Part shown: piece by piece, positions 25,730-36,900 of the stretch | Numbering within the stretch: the stretch's first letter is position 1 | How the letters are laid out: every line of letters starts with the position of its first letter | Source of the DNA: Chrysomallon squamiferum | Taxonomy: Eukaryota; Animalia; Mollusca | Reading direction: 5' to 3' | Length of the DNA stretch: 64,000 bases | Assembly (NCBI GenBank): GCA_012295275.1 | Contig: CM022666.1 | Coordinates: forward strand, 6,324,001-6,388,000 | Notes under the pieces: generated by a model | What the model was told of the DNA's origin: nothing | The model's database searches: none | The model's input: the letters and a program-made list of their open reading frames with translations, nothing else | Position numbers and translations under genes: made by a program

Positions 25730-28700
25730 ATGGCTGTAAGTAGATTCTCCTCTGTCTGCAATCGGTGGAGAATTTCAGGAGACAGGCCAATGCGAGGACC
25801 AGAACCCAGCAGAACACTTATTTTATTTATTTATTTTTTCTTTTTTCTTCTTCTTCTGAAAGTGAACAAATTTGAGTACTGCATTCCATTCAGTTGTATT
25901 GTAAAATCCTACCCAAGAAACAATCATGCCCTTAATGTCACAGTTTCTTTTTTTTTCTCTGGGTGTCTAGGTTTCCCATGTATCAGCATCAACTGTAGCA
26001 ATACAAATTATTATTTTATTTCACTGATTTCATATATATTCTGAAAGGTTTAGGAATTTTATTTTATTATATCTCATAGTGCATATATATGCATAAAGCA
26101 AGAAGGAATCATATATATTACCCATAGTCTTGACTATTTGTGTGTGTGAGTGTGTTTTTGTACATGTAACAGAAAGACAGACAGATCTGTATGTCACATT
26201 GTTTATTTTTGTTAATCCGGTTCATATTAATTTTCATAGCTGTGTCCCCATAATTAATTTTCTCACTTTTAAACAAAATAACACTTGCAATGGACAGATG
26301 TTACATTATTTCGGGTAAGCCGTGGTATGATGATAGCTATCAATATATTCAGTTTCAGGTAATAGGTAACATAATATTACTTAGTTCCATAACAAATCGG
26401 ATGTGTGTAACTGATACTGGCAGCACATTTGATCGAGTATTTTCTCTGCCTTTGCAGGGAACGTGTTTATTTATTTATTTAGTTATTGAATTTTTCTTTC
26501 TTCTTTTCTCCTGTTTATTTAAAACATTGTAATCCTATTTGTAAATCTAGATGATTTACCGTGGGTTTAAATTAAAGTTATTTCATGGTATAACAAGCTA
26601 CAGTGATATTCAGATTTCATGACTCTATCTACCAACCATTTCTGCTAGACAAGTTTACTCGGAACTGTTCTACATACCATTTGATTGTGAATATAAAACT
26701 AGTATATAGTTAAAGATAAATTATTATAAATACTTCTAGATGATCAGAAATATTTGGTCTACAAGTGCAGATATCATTTTTAATAATTTTTATTTTTTTT
26801 ATTTTGTTTTTAGCTATGACTTGAGCAGATCAGTATTCCATAAGGAAACTCGGGTAAATTTTCATAAAAAATTAAGTGTTTTTATTTAGATGGTAAAATC
26901 GCAGAATCAGATAAAATTTGAACAGTGACAAAAGGTGTATCCTATAAGAAATTATTTGATAATTTTTGAATTTGTTATTTCCGTTAGGACTGTAGAAATA
27001 GTAGTCCAATATGTCAAAACGATGCCTCTCTTTAAAACTACACCGGTCGAACGAAAATGGTTCATTATCTTCAAATAAATATTTTCATGTAATTCCTATA
27101 TTCAACTTTTAAGTATAAAATCAACCTCAATTATTAACATTTGCGTTCATTTACACTTATTCCATAATAAATAGCACATAAATTCTTTATCAGTAACTGA
27201 GCCTAAAGTACTTTATAATCGAAACATAAATATGTATGTATGTGTGTGTCTGTATATGTGTGTATGTTTATATGTATATAAAATATTCAGTTAGTACCAA
27301 GTTAAAATTAGATTAAATGGAAGCTAAAAACATAACGAAAAAGACGAAACAGGCCAGAAACATGATCAGATGAATAGTGCCATTACAAAGCAATTAATAT
27401 TCTGTATGCATTGCTGTAAGATATACTATAGCTACACCAGAGAAAGTCAGACATACGTTTAAGCGTTCCGATAAAACTACAACAAAGAATTAGAATAATA
27501 TATAAAAGAGAACATTTTAAATGTCAGTATACCGATTTTTAATTTATTTAAAATCTTCTTGATTTTATTTTTGCACATATTTCAATTATACTGTCTAAAT
27601 TTACGTGCAAACCTCTTTGTGTAGACAATATTACAAGTTCTCTTAAACTTTCCAGACTAATCGTCAACCCCTGATCTGTCTTTATTGGCTTTAATTTTGA
27701 GACGCTCCTTTCACAACTGGCACTGGAAATAATAACAGGTTCATATTAATTCTCATAGCTAGCGATGGACACGCCCACTGAGCTATCAGAAAGAATATAA
27801 AACTGGTGTATAGTTAAAGATAAATTATTATAAATACTTCTAGATGGTCAGAAATATTTGGTCTACAAGTGAAGGCATCATATTTAATAATTTTTTATTT
27901 TATTTTTTATTTTTGCTATGACTTGAGCAGATCAGTATTCGATAGGGAAACTCAACATCGATAAAATCTTCATCAAAAATAATGTTTTTATTTAGATGGT
28001 AAAATCGCAGAATCAGATAAAATTTGAACTGTGACAAAAGATGTAGCCTATAAGAAATTATTTGATAATTTTTTAATTTGTTATTTCCGTTAGAAATAGT
28101 AGACCACTCTGTCAAAACAATGCCTCTCTTTAAAACTACACTGGTCAAAAGAAAATGGTCATTATCTTCAAATAAATATTTAAGCATAAAATCAACCTCA
28201 ATTATTAACATTTGCGTTCATTTCCATTTATTCGATAATAAACAGTACATAAATTTTTTATCAATGACTGAGCCAAAAGTACATTATAATCGAAACATAG
28301 ATATGTATCTTTGCGTGTATCTGTATATGTGTGTATGTTTATATGTATATAAAATATTCAGTACCAAGTTAAAATTAGATTAAATGGAAGCTAAAAACAT
28401 AACGAAAAAGATGCAATAGGCCAGAAGCATGATAATCCAGAAGTTGTTGCTCTGGGGTACTGCAGTTCCATGCTTTGCGTTTTTTGTATGTTTGTTTGTA
28501 TTTTTGTTTATTGATATTTCATGTCTTAACCTTATTACTACAATATGTTTCAAACTAAACAGAAAAGACTGTATAAAATAACAGAGCTGTAAAATGTTAA
28601 AATGCAGGTCGATAAATATTTGAAAAAAAGAAGAAAAAGAAACGCCTGACTGCCAGTGTAATACATGCAGAACTAACAGAATAAAATATGCAGTTAATAT

Positions 28701-29040
28701 TCTGTGTGCATTTTTATCAGATATACTATAGCCACAGCACAGAAAGTCAGACATATATTTAAGCGTTCCGATAAAAGTATAACAATAAATTAGAATAATA
28801 TATAAAAGAGAACACCTTAAATGTCAGTATACCGGTTTTCAATTTATTTAAAATCTTCTTGATTTTATTTTTGCACATATTTCAATTATACTATCAAAAT
28901 TTACGTGCACATCGCTTTGTGTAGACAATATTACAAGTTCTCTTAAACTTTCCAGACTCATCGTCAACCCCTGATCTGTCTTTATTAGCTGTAATTTTGA
29001 GACGCTCCTTTCACAACTGGCACTGGAAATAATAACAGGT
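25730..29040. repeat. Locally duplicated ~1.2-1.3 kb modules upstream of PLA2 copy 1
   Basis: Internal duplication (GATATACTATAGC..AGAAAGTCAGACAT at ~27420 and ~28720); homologous to 30805-31480, 47500-52270, 54020-54860 and 62550-64000. Confidence 0.8.
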
Positions 29041-29060
29041 TCATATTAATTCTCATAGCT

Positions 29061-29143
29061 AGCAACGGACACGCCCGCTGACCTATCAGAAAGCGTGCCT
29101 GTCGTAGACGTGCTTCACAACAGCTCGCTCTGATTTTACGTTA
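29061..29143 (+). mobile_element. ~80 bp LINE 3'-tail fragment
   Basis: Matches the reverse complement of 45774-45857, the 3' end of the LINE at 45751-46953. Further copies at ~52289-52373 and (partial) ~27761-27792. Confidence 0.75.
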
Positions 29144-29278
29144 AATTCTCATAATTAATTTTTTCACTTTTAAACAAATTTACACCTGTAGTGACCACAT
29201 GTTACATTATCTTGTGTTAGCTGTCGTATAATGATAACTATCAGCTTATTGAATTACTGTTAAAAGATCACATTTTTT

Positions 29279-29339
29279 CAATAAATACGCTACAGCATCT
29301 TTGTTTGACCATTTTCAAACCTGCCTTCAGAACGTAAGT
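29279..29339 (+). promoter_or_regulatory. Putative TATA-like box, short non-coding first exon and splice donor of PLA2 copy 1
   Basis: AATAAATA, then ~50 nt later AAC|GTAAGT at 29334; an acceptor TTTAACAG lies 1 nt before the ATG at 29738. Same arrangement at ~52503-52563. Confidence 0.45.
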
Positions 29340-29384
29340 GTTTATTTACTTACTTAATTATTATAGTTTTTCTATTTTTTTCCC

Positions 29385-29613
29385 TTTATTTATTGCCTGC
29401 TTATTTCAATTACTGTAATGCTATTTAATTCATTAAGACAGTTTATCAATAATTTACTTATGTGTTATGCCGTAACAAAAGAGAAAAAAAAAAAGAAAAT
29501 AAAAGAAAGTATATTATTTTAAATATTTAAAACATAAAATCTAATTAATTAATAAACAGTCTTAATAAATTAAATAGCATTACAATAATTTAAATAAGCA
29601 GGCAATAAATAAA
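29385..29613. repeat. Inverted repeat with ~68 bp arms in the putative 5'-UTR intron of PLA2
   Basis: TTTATTTATTGCCTGCTTATTTCAATTACTGTAATGCTATTTAATTCATTAAGAC versus GTCTTAATAAATTAAATAGCATTACAATAATTTAAATAAGCAGGCAATAAATAAA; also present at ~52610-52837. Confidence 0.85.
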
Positions 29614-29737
29614 TTATTATTATTGAATAATAATAAATGACAAAATAAATAAATACGTAACCTTTTCATATTACCAGATATTTAAAAATGTTAAAGCTTT
29701 ATTTCTGACCTAATCTATTTTTCAAGTATTTAACAGA

Positions 29738-29943
29738 ATGTGGAAAGCACTCTTTCTGGTTAGCCTTCTTTGCCTGAGCGTTCAGGTTGGAACGGGAAGC
29801 AACATATGTTCGACAAAATATAATGGTTGCAATGTTTGGTCAATTGTCCCGTACAAACATTACTTCAGGAGTGCCTGTGACAAACACGACATATGTTACT
29901 ACTGTGTAAGTTTCTTGGCTTTATTTTTTCTCTTCTTTTTTAG

Positions 29944-29997
<54 letters not shown>

Positions 29998-30583
29998 TGG
30001 AAATACTTTAATTCGTATACTTAACTTGCTACTTATATCAACTGTTACTAATAATTACACAGTGTGATCGCCGCTTTTTAAAACAGGTTAGACTTGGATA
30101 AAGAACTGTAATTCGTATATAGTAAATATGGCGGCAAAATAATAATAATAATAATAACAACAAATTAATTGTAACAAGGAAAAGAAGCAGCAGCAGCAGA
30201 ACAACAATAGTAATAACAAAAACAACAATAATAACAACAATGATAACAATAATAATTCAACAAAAATAACAACACCAATAATAAAAGAATCAAAATAATA
30301 GTAACAACGATACTAATATTAACAACAGTATAATACGAGTATAATAATAATAAGTTTTAGAGTTTAGTGTGTTTATTACTATTTTCAGGCCGAGTACAAG
30401 GGTCTGAACAAAGATTACTGCGATAATAAGTTCTACCGCGACATGAAACGTATGTGTGGAGACGGTGACTGTAGAGACTATGCGAACATATATTACGAAG
30501 CAGTCAAAATGTTTGGATCGTCGAATTACGTAAAACCGTCGCCATCTTGGTGTAATGATCCATGTGTTTCGAGATATATGTAA
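29738..30583 (+). CDS. Secreted conodipine-like phospholipase A2, copy 1; exons 29738-29905 and 30389-30583, 120 aa
   Basis: Signal peptide MWKALFLVSLLCLSVQVGTG; NGC...PY..YFRSACDKHDICYYC (His-Asp motif); CDNKFYRDM..MC; YYEAVKMFG; 10 Cys in the mature part; phase-0 intron TGT|GTAAGT..TTTTCAG|GCC. Confidence 0.9.
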
Positions 30584-31842
30584 ATAATAGTAATAATACC
30601 AGTAACAACAACAACTGTAATTTTAAAAATAATAGCATCATCAACAATAATATAATAAAAATAATAACTACAAAAGAAACAATAAAAATTATAAGAAAAA
30701 GAAACACAAAAAACTCCAATTAGTCTTGTTTTTTTTGTTTTTTTTTCATGCAGATCATTTATCATTCATTTAAAATATCTATAGAATCATTAATTTTACC
30801 AATCATCTAGATGATTTTACATAAGTTTAAATTAACGTTATTTCATCGTATAACAAGACTACAGTGATATTCAGATTTTAGGACTCTATTTACCAATCAT
30901 TTCTGCTAGAAAAGTTTACTCGGAACTGTTCTACATACCATTTGATTGTGAATATAAAACTAGTGTATAGTTAAAGATAAATTATTATATATACTTCTAG
31001 ATGGTCAGAAATATTCAATCTACAAATGCAGGCTTCATTTTTTTTTTTTTTTTTTCCCCACTACTTCTTGAGCAGATAAGTATTCGATAGGGAAACTCAA
31101 CATCGGCGAAACCTTCATGAAAAATTAAGGGTTTTTATTTAGACAGTGATCATATAAAATTTGAACTGCGAGAAAAGATGTATCCTATGAGAAATTATTT
31201 GATAATTTTTGAATATGTTATATTCAACTTTTAAATTCAAATTATTTCCAGTTAGTCGATGTTAAACAATACGTTAATCTTTCATCAGTGACTGAGCCAA
31301 AAGTACGTTATATTGTATGCCTGTGTGTGTGTGTGTGTGTGTGTGTCTGTTTAAATTTTTCAGTTAGTGAACTGTTTTCGTACGAAGTAAACATTACATC
31401 AAATTGATGCTAAAAACATAACTAAAACGAAGCAACAGGCCAGAACCATGATCAGATGAAAAGTGCAATTACAAGGCATTGGCACGCTCGAAATATTGAA
31501 ACATAATGTATGCTTATTTATATTATTTAATTAACTAAACTTAATTAGATGTTCATTGCAAATCATATACTAACACTTCGAAATAACGAGGAAACAATGA
31601 CAAGGAATTAAATGGTCTAATTTACATGTTACGACATCTAATTTAAATACTTCGCGTACAGAGAGGTCTGGTACTGCCCGGAGACAACTCCTTGATTGTA
31701 TGCCCCAAAGACTCAGATATAAAGGCCTAGAACTAAGAAATATTATGAGAAAAGAAAATATTTTGAATACGTAAACAGATGAAACATAAAATAAACACTT
31801 TATTCCATTTAAATATAATCAGCGAAATTTATTAAGTTCTTT

Positions 31843-32683
31843 TCTGCTATCTCAGAAACATTCACATCTAGAAGATCAGCAATATATTTAAGCCTCTGTT
31901 TTTTTTTTCTTTTTCCTTTACTTTTAAAGCCTGTTCAGGATCATTTTCATCTTCAAGGACATAATCTATTTCTTTTTGTGTGACAGTTTGTGTTTTTGTC
32001 AGATCAATAAACTTGAAGAGTTTCATCTTTAAATTCACCAAACTTTTCTCAAGAAGGACTGGATTATCCTTAATTAGATCTAAACTTACTCCGTATTTCT
32101 GTAAAAGGGTCAGTTTCTTCACAATTTTCTTATTATTTGGGACAACAGAAATTTCAGGATTTTTGTTCAAAATGTCTAGCCATTCCTCCGGTGTGCAGTG
32201 AAGGGTGTCTTTCAGTTTACTATCCACATTAACAACAGTTTTCCTTTCATCCACTGGAAAATCTTCGGTTGCTAAAAGATGAAGTTTCCTTGCAACAGTT
32301 TTATCAGACTTGTATCTCGCAGCTGTCAGACACTCTACTGTGATTGCTTTAACACCCATCTTCTTCAGTCTCTGAGCTCTGGAGATAACTTCTGCTTCAC
32401 TCAGTCGAAGGATCTGTGGGTACTGCTGAATATCGTTGAGTGAACATCCCATGCTCTCCAGTGTTCCTAGTAGACTCTCCAAACTACTGCTAGCAGAAAC
32501 ACTCTCCATTTTGCCAAAGATTATGTCATCAAGTTGTTTTAGGAGCTACAAAACAAAAAATAAACCTGTTTTACTTGAAGCATTTTCTATTTGCAGCTAA
32601 AAATTAAAGACTTCATATATCATAAACATTGGAAGAACAAAACAAATTTATAATCCACAGCATTCTACAATTACAATTTTAAA
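31843..32683 (-). pseudogene. Inverted, 3'-truncated duplicate of the large mTERF-like exon plus part of its upstream intron
   Basis: ORF 31868..32509 closely matches the first ~200 aa of 13530..14849. Acceptor retained at 32545. Frameshift in an A-run near 31900, then truncation. The targeting-peptide exon is absent. Confidence 0.9.
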
Positions 32684-33994
32684 AATGTAGGTTATAAAAC
32701 ACGAAACAAAAGGTAAAAGAAACCAGCTGAAATTAAGAAAATGTTTAAAATTTACAGTTAATAAATATCTATTTTGTCAAAACAAATACAGGAAAATAAT
32801 AAGAATCAATATGAACAACCATATTTACATAATAAATGAAACAAATTTCAATAACCAATTTTTTGTCAGATAATAGATGATAGGTTATTGGTACAGTCAA
32901 AGACCTTTCCAAGGAATGACTACTAACCATCTGAAGTTAAATGGTTAATATTTTAACAAAACTAAATAAAATGATTTATACCCATGGGATTTTTTTTTTT
33001 TTTTTAACCAACCAGCATTGTTTTTTTTATAAAGTATTTTTAGAATGTCTTCATATAGCACATTCATTGTATTCTGATGACTGAAAACTAATATTACAAT
33101 TCTGGGCCATTTTGCCTGAGAAAACAAGAGTCTGGGGTATGTTTGTCTCAAAACTAGGGTTTCAAAGCATTAAAGACTCAGGATTGAAACAAACCTGCAA
33201 GGGTGGACTGAAGCCATTGGAGGACCAGGTAGGTTCGGATGTGTCTCTATAGTAACAGTCTTTCGTCATGATCCTGACTGAAGTCTTCATACGTCTGTTC
33301 CACTGTAAATGGTTTCCGATTCTAAAGAAGAAATTAAAAGAAGCAAAAACTCAAAACAAAGAAATACAGGACTGTCACCTTAAAACAAAATAATAATGAA
33401 ACAAAACGAAATACAAAGGACGGTATATTATACATAACAGAACACAACACATTATAGTAACAATATTAATAGTTAAAAAAAGAAAATTAATTTAAAAAAA
33501 AAGAAAATTAATTTAAAAAAAAAAATTCTTTTTAAAAACAAAACAGTACTCAAACAAATAAACTACAGTTAAAAAAGTTTTAATGATAATTTCTGATATC
33601 AATGTTAAATAACATTTTTAAAAGAATGCTTCTTGTAACAGATATCATTTCAAATATACAGAAACCAGTAACACATGCAGTGAAAATATTTACAAATTAA
33701 AACAAAAAGAAATAATTACCTTATCAGTCTCCTCCAGCATTCCACTTTCTTCAAACTCCTCCATAGCAGCAGCTTTCCCTTCATCATCGTCAGATGTTGT
33801 AGCAGACGCTGATTTAGCACCATCCTGAAAATTGTAAAAAAAATGGTTTCTCTTATTTACAACTCTTTATCTCCACAATTACTAAAACCTTTATTTTATC
33901 TGTTAGAACAAATGTTATATTTAACAGTACTCTCAACACATTTCTAATCTGCAGTTATTTTTGTTAAATACACAAAGAGAAGGACAATATAGAA

Positions 33995-36900
33995 TTTAGT
34001 TAAAAGCTAAAGAAATTATGAGAACAATTATGTTATATTGGGTTATCATGTATGGGATCTGCTGTTTAATTATTCAGCGAAGATAACAAAAAATAATGCT
34101 AATTAAAATAACAAACTTATTGACATAATAGAAGATGGTAACAGCAGAATAAAAACATATTTAAGAAATAAAACGGAATAACTACTGAATTAAATATTTA
34201 CATGACATGTAGTCACAAATCAAAGTGAATATTATATCGATTAGAATTATTTCCCTTTATTGATATGTGTTCACAAACATGGATTAGAGTTAGGTCCCTT
34301 ACGTGAGATGTACTCACTAATCAAAGTAAAAATTATCTCGATTAGAATTATTTCCCTTTAGTCATATGTGCTCACAAAGATAGATTAGAGTTAGGTCCCT
34401 TACGTGAGATGTACTCACTGTTTAAAAATTAAAAATTAGACTGATCTCCCTTTAGTGATATGTGTTCACAAACATGGATTAGAGTTACGTCCCTTACGTG
34501 AGATGTACTCACTAAGGAAAGTAAAAATTGTATCGAAAAGACATATCTCCCTCTGTCTCTTTTTCTTGCACTGTCTCTCTCTCTCTCTCTCATTCTGTAT
34601 CTCTCTGCTCGCTCTCTATCTCTCTCTCTAACACGCTTTCTTCTGTCAAGAAAAGTTAACCAACAGCAAAACCAGCAGCTGTAACAATAACAACAATAAT
34701 AAAAATTGTAATAATTATGTACTACAATAACAATAATAACAATGTTAGCAATAATATCAACAATAAAAATAAAAACAAACAAAAATTAAAGATAGATGAA
34801 ACACACACACACACACAAAGATAATTAAACATTTAAACAGTTGAATTCATGTTACATACCACGCTCTAGAAATCATTATATTTATGAAATCTAAATAACA
34901 TATCAGTATGAAAAGAAATTATGAGAACAGTTATGTTATATTGGGTTATCATGTATGGGATCTGCTGTTTAATTATTCAGCGATGATAACAAAAAATAAT
35001 GCTAATTAAAATAACAAACTTATTGACATAAGAGCAGATGATAACAGCAAAATAAAAAAGTATTTAAGAAATAAAAACGAATAATTGTACTGAATTAAAT
35101 ATTCAGTATAATTCAAATTCGGGTCCGGGCATTCCCCGCTGCCCTAGATCCCGCGCGCTGGCCTCAGACAGCATATGAGTGTACAAGAACCAATTATATC
35201 GATTACAATTATTACCCTTTAGTGATATTCCTTCACTAACATGGATTGGAGTTATATCCCTGACGTGAGATGTACTCACAGTTTCTGTTTTATTTGATTC
35301 CTTTAGTTAAATGCTAAAGAAATTATGAGAACAATTATGTTATATTGGGTCATCATGTATAGGGATCTGCTGTTTAATTATTCAGCGAAGATAACAAAAA
35401 ATAATGCTAATTAAAAAAGATCTTGTTGACAAAATAGAAGATGGTAACAGCAGAATAAAAAAATATTTAAGAAATAAGAAGGAATAATTGTACTGAATTA
35501 AATATTTACTTGAGATGTAATCACTAATCAAAGTGAACATTATATCGATTAGAATTATTTCCCTTTCGTGATATGTGCACACAAACATTGATTAGAGTTA
35601 GGTCCCTTACATGAGACGTACTCACTGTTTAAAAATTAAAAATTGTATCGATTAGACTGATCTCCCTTTAGAGATATGTGTTCACAACTATGGATTAGAA
35701 TTACGTCCCTTACGTGAGATGTACTCACTAAGGAAAGTAAAAATTGTATCGAAAAGACATATCTCCCTCTGTCTCTTTTTCTTGCTCTTTCTATCTCTCT
35801 GTCTCTCTGCTCGCTCTCTATCTCTCTCTATCTAACACGCTTTCTTCTGTCAAGAAAAGTTAACCAACAGCAAAACCAGCAGCTGTAACAATAACAACAA
35901 TAATAAAAATTGTAAATTTATGTACTACAATGATAATAATAACAATGTTAGCAATAATATCAACAATAAAAATAAAAACAAACAAAAATTAAAGATAGAT
36001 GAAACACACAGACACACACAAAGATAATTAAACATTTAAACAGTTGAATTCATGCTACATACCACGCTCTAGAAATCATTATATTTATGAAATCTAAATA
36101 ACATATCAGTATGAAAAGAAATTATGTTTTAATGGGTTATCATGTATGGGATCTGCTGTTTAATTATTCAGCGAAGATAACAAAAAAACAATGCTAATTG
36201 AAAAAACAAAATTTATTGACGTAAGAGAAGATGATAACAGCAAAATAAAAAAATATTTAAGAAATAAAAACGAATAATTGTACTAAATTAAATATTCAGT
36301 ATAATTCAAATTCGGGTCCGGGCATGCCCCGCTGCCCTAGATCCCGCGCGCCGGCCTCAGACAGCATGTGATATGTGTTCACAAACGTAGATTAGAGTTA
36401 CGTCCCTTACGTGAGATGTACTCACTAATCAAAGTAAAAATTATATTGATTAGAATTATTTCCCTTTAGTGATATCTACTCACAAATATACATTAGAGTT
36501 AGGTCCCTTACGTGAGATCTATTCACTGTTAAAAAATTAAAAATTGTATCAATTAGACTAATCTCCCTTTAGTGATATGTGTTCACAAACATAGATTAAT
36601 GTTAGGTCCCTTACGTGAGATGTACTCACTAAGCAATTTAGTGATATGTGCTCACAAACATAGATTAGAGTTAGGTCCCTTACGTGAGATGTACTCACTG
36701 TTTAAAAATTAAAAATTGTATCGATTAGACTGATCTCCCTTTAGTGATATGTGTTCACAAACATGGATTAGAGTTACGTCCCTTACGTGAGATGTACTCA
36801 CTAAGCAAAGTAAAAATTGTATCGAAAAGACATATCTCCCTCTGTCTCTTTTTCTTGCTCTGTCTATCTCTCTCTCTCATTCTGTTTCTCTCTGCTCGCT

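Noticed and set aside
25760-25819. Minus-strand TCCTCGC, identical to the HDV ribozyme L3 loop
   Set aside because: No upstream P1 partner, weak P3 and no P2/J4-2 could be built.
28380-28754. 124-aa minus-strand ORF, duplicated at 51608..51982
   Set aside because: Lies within the duplicated non-coding module, the two copies change frame relative to each other, composition is low-complexity and there are no motifs.
31868-32509. 213-aa ORF as an independent functional mTERF paralogue
   Set aside because: Lacks the targeting exon and the C-terminal half and ends in a frameshift; annotated as a pseudogene fragment.
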